Shown: one piece after another, positions 61,005-64,000 of the stretch
Layout of the letters: each line of letters begins with the position of its first letter
Numbering within the stretch: the first letter of the stretch is position 1
Source: Pseudomonadota bacterium
GTDB taxonomy: Bacteria; Pseudomonadota; Gammaproteobacteria; CALCKW01
DNA: 64,000 nucleotides
NCBI GenBank assembly: GCA_039196715.1
Contig: JBCCUP010000003.1
Span: 34,097 to 98,096 of the forward strand
Direction: 5' to 3'
Position numbers and translations under genes: made by a program
Notes under the pieces: generated by a model
Databases searched by the model: none
Told to the model about the DNA's origin: nothing
What the model saw: only the letters and a program-made list of their open reading frames with translations

Positions 61005-62585
61005 ATGCAGCCCATCGAACCGCCAACACAGACCTTGTGGGTCGTGCATCACCGCCACACGATGCCACACTGGGTGGCTGCCGTACTCGTCCGTGTGCAT
61101 GCCCTGCCCGGGCTGTCACTGCGGCAACTGTCGGTGGCCGAGCTGCCGCCCACGCGACACCACAACACCTGGAATCAGCTGATCAACGCGCTGGACAACC
61201 TGCTCTTCCCGGCCGCCGACTCGGCCAGCCGCGCGGTAGCCACCAGCACCTTGCCCGACGACCTGTTTGCGCAACGCGCCCACGTCGAGCAACTCGGTCA
61301 CGTCACGTCAACGCACGCCGGAGACGATTGGGTGTTGAACGCGACGAGCCTGCCCGACGCGGACGTCGCGGCGGCACTCGGCGCCCCGGTGCTCTCCGTC
61401 GCCTGCGGTGAAAGCGGCGGGCCACCGGGCCTGCACGAGAGCCTTGAACAGGCCAGCCACACGGCACTGCACGTGGTGCGTACCCCCCCGGGAGACATCC
61501 CCGCCGAGGTGCTGGCAAGCGCAACCGAGTGCACCGATCCGGCCTCGATCGGCCGGACCCGAAATGCCGCGCTCTGGGCCGGCGCGGAGTTGCTCCGCCA
61601 CACGGTAGAGGCCTGGGTTGATGGCAAGGCGGGCACGGTTTCGCAACCGTGGAACGCGCCACGCCGGCGGGCACCGAGCGCGGTCGACGCACTGCTTCGC
61701 ATGCCCCTTCACATTCACCGCGGGGTCACGCGCAAATGGCGGCGGCGCGGTGCCCTGCGACAGTGGATACTGCTGGCACGCGAGGGAGCTCACACCGAGA
61801 CGGGCACGGCATCCGAGATCGACTTCGGCCGGTGGCAACGGATTCTGCCACCACGCGACGTGTTCTGGGCCGACCCGTTCCCGGTGGAGCGCGACGGCAC
61901 ACGCTACGTGTTCATCGAGGAAGCCACCTTCACGCCGCGCCGAGGTCACTTGAGTGTACTCACACTGTCGGCCGATGGCCAAGCCGAGGCCTGTGCCACG
62001 ATTCTGAAGACGCCATACCACCTGTCGTACCCCAACGTGTTCCGTCACGGTGGGGAGTGGTACATGATGCCCGAGAGCGGCGAGGACAAGACCCTGCAGA
62101 TCTACCGCTGCACGGCCTGGCCCGACCAGTGGGCGTGGCAACAGAACGTGCTCGAGGGCATCGCGGTGTACGACGGCACCCTGCTCGAACACGGCGGCCG
62201 CTGGTGGTTGTTTGCCACGGTTCAACATTTCGAGGCCGCCAGCCCGAACGTCTTCCTGCACCTGTGGTACGCCGACAGCCCCTTCGGCCCGTGGCAACCG
62301 CACGCCGCCAATCCGATCGTGAGCGACGTGCGCAGCGCAAGACCGGCGGGGCAGTTCTTCGAGCACGAGGGCGTGCTCTACCGGCCTTCACAGGATTGCA
62401 GCACCCACTACGGGCACGGCCTGCGGATCAACCGGGTCGACCAGCTCGACCTTGACGGGTACCGGGAAACGGCTGTCACGGCACACGCGCCCTGGGCGCC
62501 CGACATCGACGGCGTACACACCGTCAACCGCGCCGGTGCGTTCGCCGTGGCGGACGCGATTCACTGGCGGGGTCAGGCAGACTGA
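61005..62585 (+). CDS. Hypothetical two-domain protein; the C-terminal half resembles the beta-propeller-type glucosamine-inositolphosphorylceramide-transferase-like family
   Basis: AGGAGAG lies 11 nt upstream. C-terminal FWADPFPV..DG..YVF.EE........G.......YHLSYPNVF...G.WYM.PES....L..Y.......W. The N-terminal half is unassigned. Confidence 0.7.
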   Translation: MQPIEPPTQTLWVVHHRHTMPHWVAAVLVRVHALPGLSLRQLSVAELPPTRHHNTWNQLINALDNLLFPAADSASRAVATSTLPDDLFAQRAHVEQLGHVTSTHAGDDWVLNATSLPDADVAAALGAPVLSVACGESGGPPGLHESLEQASHTALHVVRTPPGDIPAEVLASATECTDPASIGRTRNAALWAGAELLRHTVEAWVDGKAGTVSQPWNAPRRRAPSAVDALLRMPLHIHRGVTRKWRRRGALRQWILLAREGAHTETGTASEIDFGRWQRILPPRDVFWADPFPVERDGTRYVFIEEATFTPRRGHLSVLTLSADGQAEACATILKTPYHLSYPNVFRHGGEWYMMPESGEDKTLQIYRCTAWPDQWAWQQNVLEGIAVYDGTLLEHGGRWWLFATVQHFEAASPNVFLHLWYADSPFGPWQPHAANPIVSDVRSARPAGQFFEHEGVLYRPSQDCSTHYGHGLRINRVDQLDLDGYRETAVTAHAPWAPDIDGVHTVNRAGAFAVADAIHWRGQAD

Positions 62586-62671
62586 CTCGGACTGGCCGGG
62601 CCCGTCGGCTGTGCATGTCGGGTGACCGGCCGACGACGTACAATGGGGCCCCGCCTCAAGTGCCGCCAACC

Positions 62672-63397
62672 ATGCCGGACCGCGACCGCTACTACGCGCA
62701 GCCGATAGGCGCCGTGCCCGACTTCAGCTTCAACGCTGACGTGGTGCGGGTGTTCGACGACATGATCGGGCGTTCGGTGCCCGGCTACGACACCATCGTC
62801 GCGCTGACCGGCCAGCTCGCGGCGCGGTTTGCCGACGGGGGCGATCGTGTCTACGAACTCGGCTGTTCGACCGGGGCGAGCCTGTTTGCCATGCGGCAAC
62901 ACCTCGACCCTGCGGCGCGGCTGATCGGTGTGGATGCCTCCGAACCCATGATCACGCAGTGCCGGGCAAACCTCGCACAGCAGGCGGACGGCTGCGAAGT
63001 CGAGCTCGTCACCGGTGACATCACGGCGCTGGCGTTCGAGCAGACCGCCTTTGTGGTGCTGAACTTCACGTTGCAGTTCGTGCCACCCGCACAACGCGAC
63101 ACCCTGCTCGCCCGAATCGCACGCGCAACGCGCCCTGGCGGCGCACTCGTTTTGTCGGAGAAGATCGTGTTCGAGGACCCGGATCAACAGGCGCTGCACG
63201 ACGCGATGCACCTCGAATTCAAACGGTGCAACGGCTACAGCCAGTTGGAGATCAGCCAGAAGCGCTCGGCACTCGAGCGCGTGATGGTGCCCGAACCCCT
63301 CGCCACCCACCGCGCCCGCCTGCTCGCCGCCGGCTACCGGAGTTGCGAAGTCTGGTTTCAGTGCTTCAACTTCATGTCGCTGGTCGCGATCCGGTGA
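62672..63397 (+). CDS. cmoA: Carboxy-S-adenosyl-L-methionine synthase
   Basis: F.F...V..VFDDMI.RSVPGYD......G.L........VY.LGCSTG. ATG at 62672. Confidence 0.92.
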   Translation: MPDRDRYYAQPIGAVPDFSFNADVVRVFDDMIGRSVPGYDTIVALTGQLAARFADGGDRVYELGCSTGASLFAMRQHLDPAARLIGVDASEPMITQCRANLAQQADGCEVELVTGDITALAFEQTAFVVLNFTLQFVPPAQRDTLLARIARATRPGGALVLSEKIVFEDPDQQALHDAMHLEFKRCNGYSQLEISQKRSALERVMVPEPLATHRARLLAAGYRSCEVWFQCFNFMSLVAIR

Positions 63398-64000
63398 TCG
63401 ACTGGGCGGCTCTGATCCAGGATACCAGGGACAACCCTGCGTTGCTGGCCTGGCTCGCTCAGCTGCGTGCCTCGGGGACCACGACGCTCGACGCGACGCG
63501 CTACGGCGACCTGCCACGCTGGTTGTCGGTACTCGATGCGCTCCCCGACATCGGTGATCGCACGGTCGATCTCGACCGGGATGCGCCCCGTGTCACCTGT
63601 GATCAGGGCACCGTGGACACGGCGTTGTTACGAGCGCAATTGCAGGCCCTGCACCCGTGGCGAAAAGGCCCATTCCAGATCGAGGGCGTCCTGATCGATT
63701 CGGAGTGGCGCTCGGACGCGAAGTGGCGGCGCATTGCACCACACCTCGGTCCGCTGAGCGGCCGCACCGTGCTGGACGTGGGATCGGGCAACGGCTACTT
63801 CGGACTGCGGGCGGTGGGCGCCGGCGCGGCGCTGGTACTGTGCCTGGACCCGTCCGCGCTGTTCAACGTCCAGTTCGCCGCACTGAAACGGCTGTTTGGC
63901 GCCCTGCCCGTTCACATGCTGCCGGTGCCCGACACCGCACTCGCCGACCTGACCCGCGGCGCTGACACCGTGTTGTCTATGGGTGTGCTCTACCACCGCA
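63394..64000 (+). CDS. cmoB: tRNA U34 carboxymethyltransferase, 5' part (runs off the window end)
   Basis: Not in the ORF track because there is no stop in the window. The GTG at 63394 overlaps the cmoA stop (GTGA). My translation gives ..LHPWRKGPFQIEGVLIDSEWRSDAKWRRIAPHLGPLSGRTVLDVGSGNGYF...SMGVLYHR, closely matching E. coli CmoB. Confidence 0.9.
   Translation, partial: MIDWAALIQDTRDNPALLAWLAQLRASGTTTLDATRYGDLPRWLSVLDALPDIGDRTVDLDRDAPRVTCDQGTVDTALLRAQLQALHPWRKGPFQIEGVLIDSEWRSDAKWRRIAPHLGPLSGRTVLDVGSGNGYFGLRAVGAGAALVLCLDPSALFNVQFAALKRLFGALPVHMLPVPDTALADLTRGADTVLSMGVLYHR

Overview
High-GC, densely coding chromosomal segment with gammaproteobacterial gene order, about 60 genes. I found no rRNA, tRNA, CRISPR array, transposase or integrase. 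Gene content in order: (1) 3' end of a propionyl-CoA carboxylase alpha gene plus methylmalonyl-CoA epimerase. (2) tcdA and the heat-shock operon hrcA-grpE-dnaK-dnaJ, with two near-consensus sigma-32 promoters. (3) A 58-codon ispG stub abutting an MnmC-type FAD-oxidoreductase ORF. (4) Ribokinase and nucleoside hydrolase, sthA, a secreted alpha/beta hydrolase, a ChaC-like protein, an amidase and a secreted hypothetical. (5) An ~11 kb exopolysaccharide (EPS) locus at 17.6-28.1 kb on the minus strand. It encodes a priming sugar transferase, Wza-like exporter, Wzz-like chain-length determinant, P-loop kinase-like protein, OM beta-barrel, GT4, deacetylase and Wzy/O-antigen-ligase-like protein. A divergent UDP-sugar dehydrogenase/4-epimerase pair sits opposite it, with a consensus CRP-type site in the shared control region. 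(6) The conserved block pyrG-kdsA-eno-ftsB-ispD-ispF-nagZ, then tilS and accA. (7) A small OMP and a large secreted plant-type LRR protein, slyX, and an OmpR-type regulator with a PAS hybrid kinase. (8) A Liv-type ABC importer bracketed by two acyl-CoA ligases, then mutA-mutB-meaB. (9) A GNAT, ttcA, a 526-aa hypothetical, cmoA and the 5' part of cmoB. The most notable observation is that all three MEP-pathway genes in the window look eroded. ispD has two frame changes, a ~40-codon internal deletion and catalytic-residue substitutions. ispF has a frameshift and a substituted Zn ligand. ispG is only an N-terminal stub. More than 45 neighbouring genes are intact. This suggests isoprenoid precursor synthesis has moved to another route or locus, which the rest of the genome would show. 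Secondary observations are GlyGly-CTERM-like sorting tails on two unrelated secreted proteins and a kinase-like EPS protein lacking the Walker A lysine. Many very long antisense shadow ORFs in the track are high-GC artefacts and were rejected. All similarity statements are by-eye comparisons with remembered family sequences and motifs; no searches were run.
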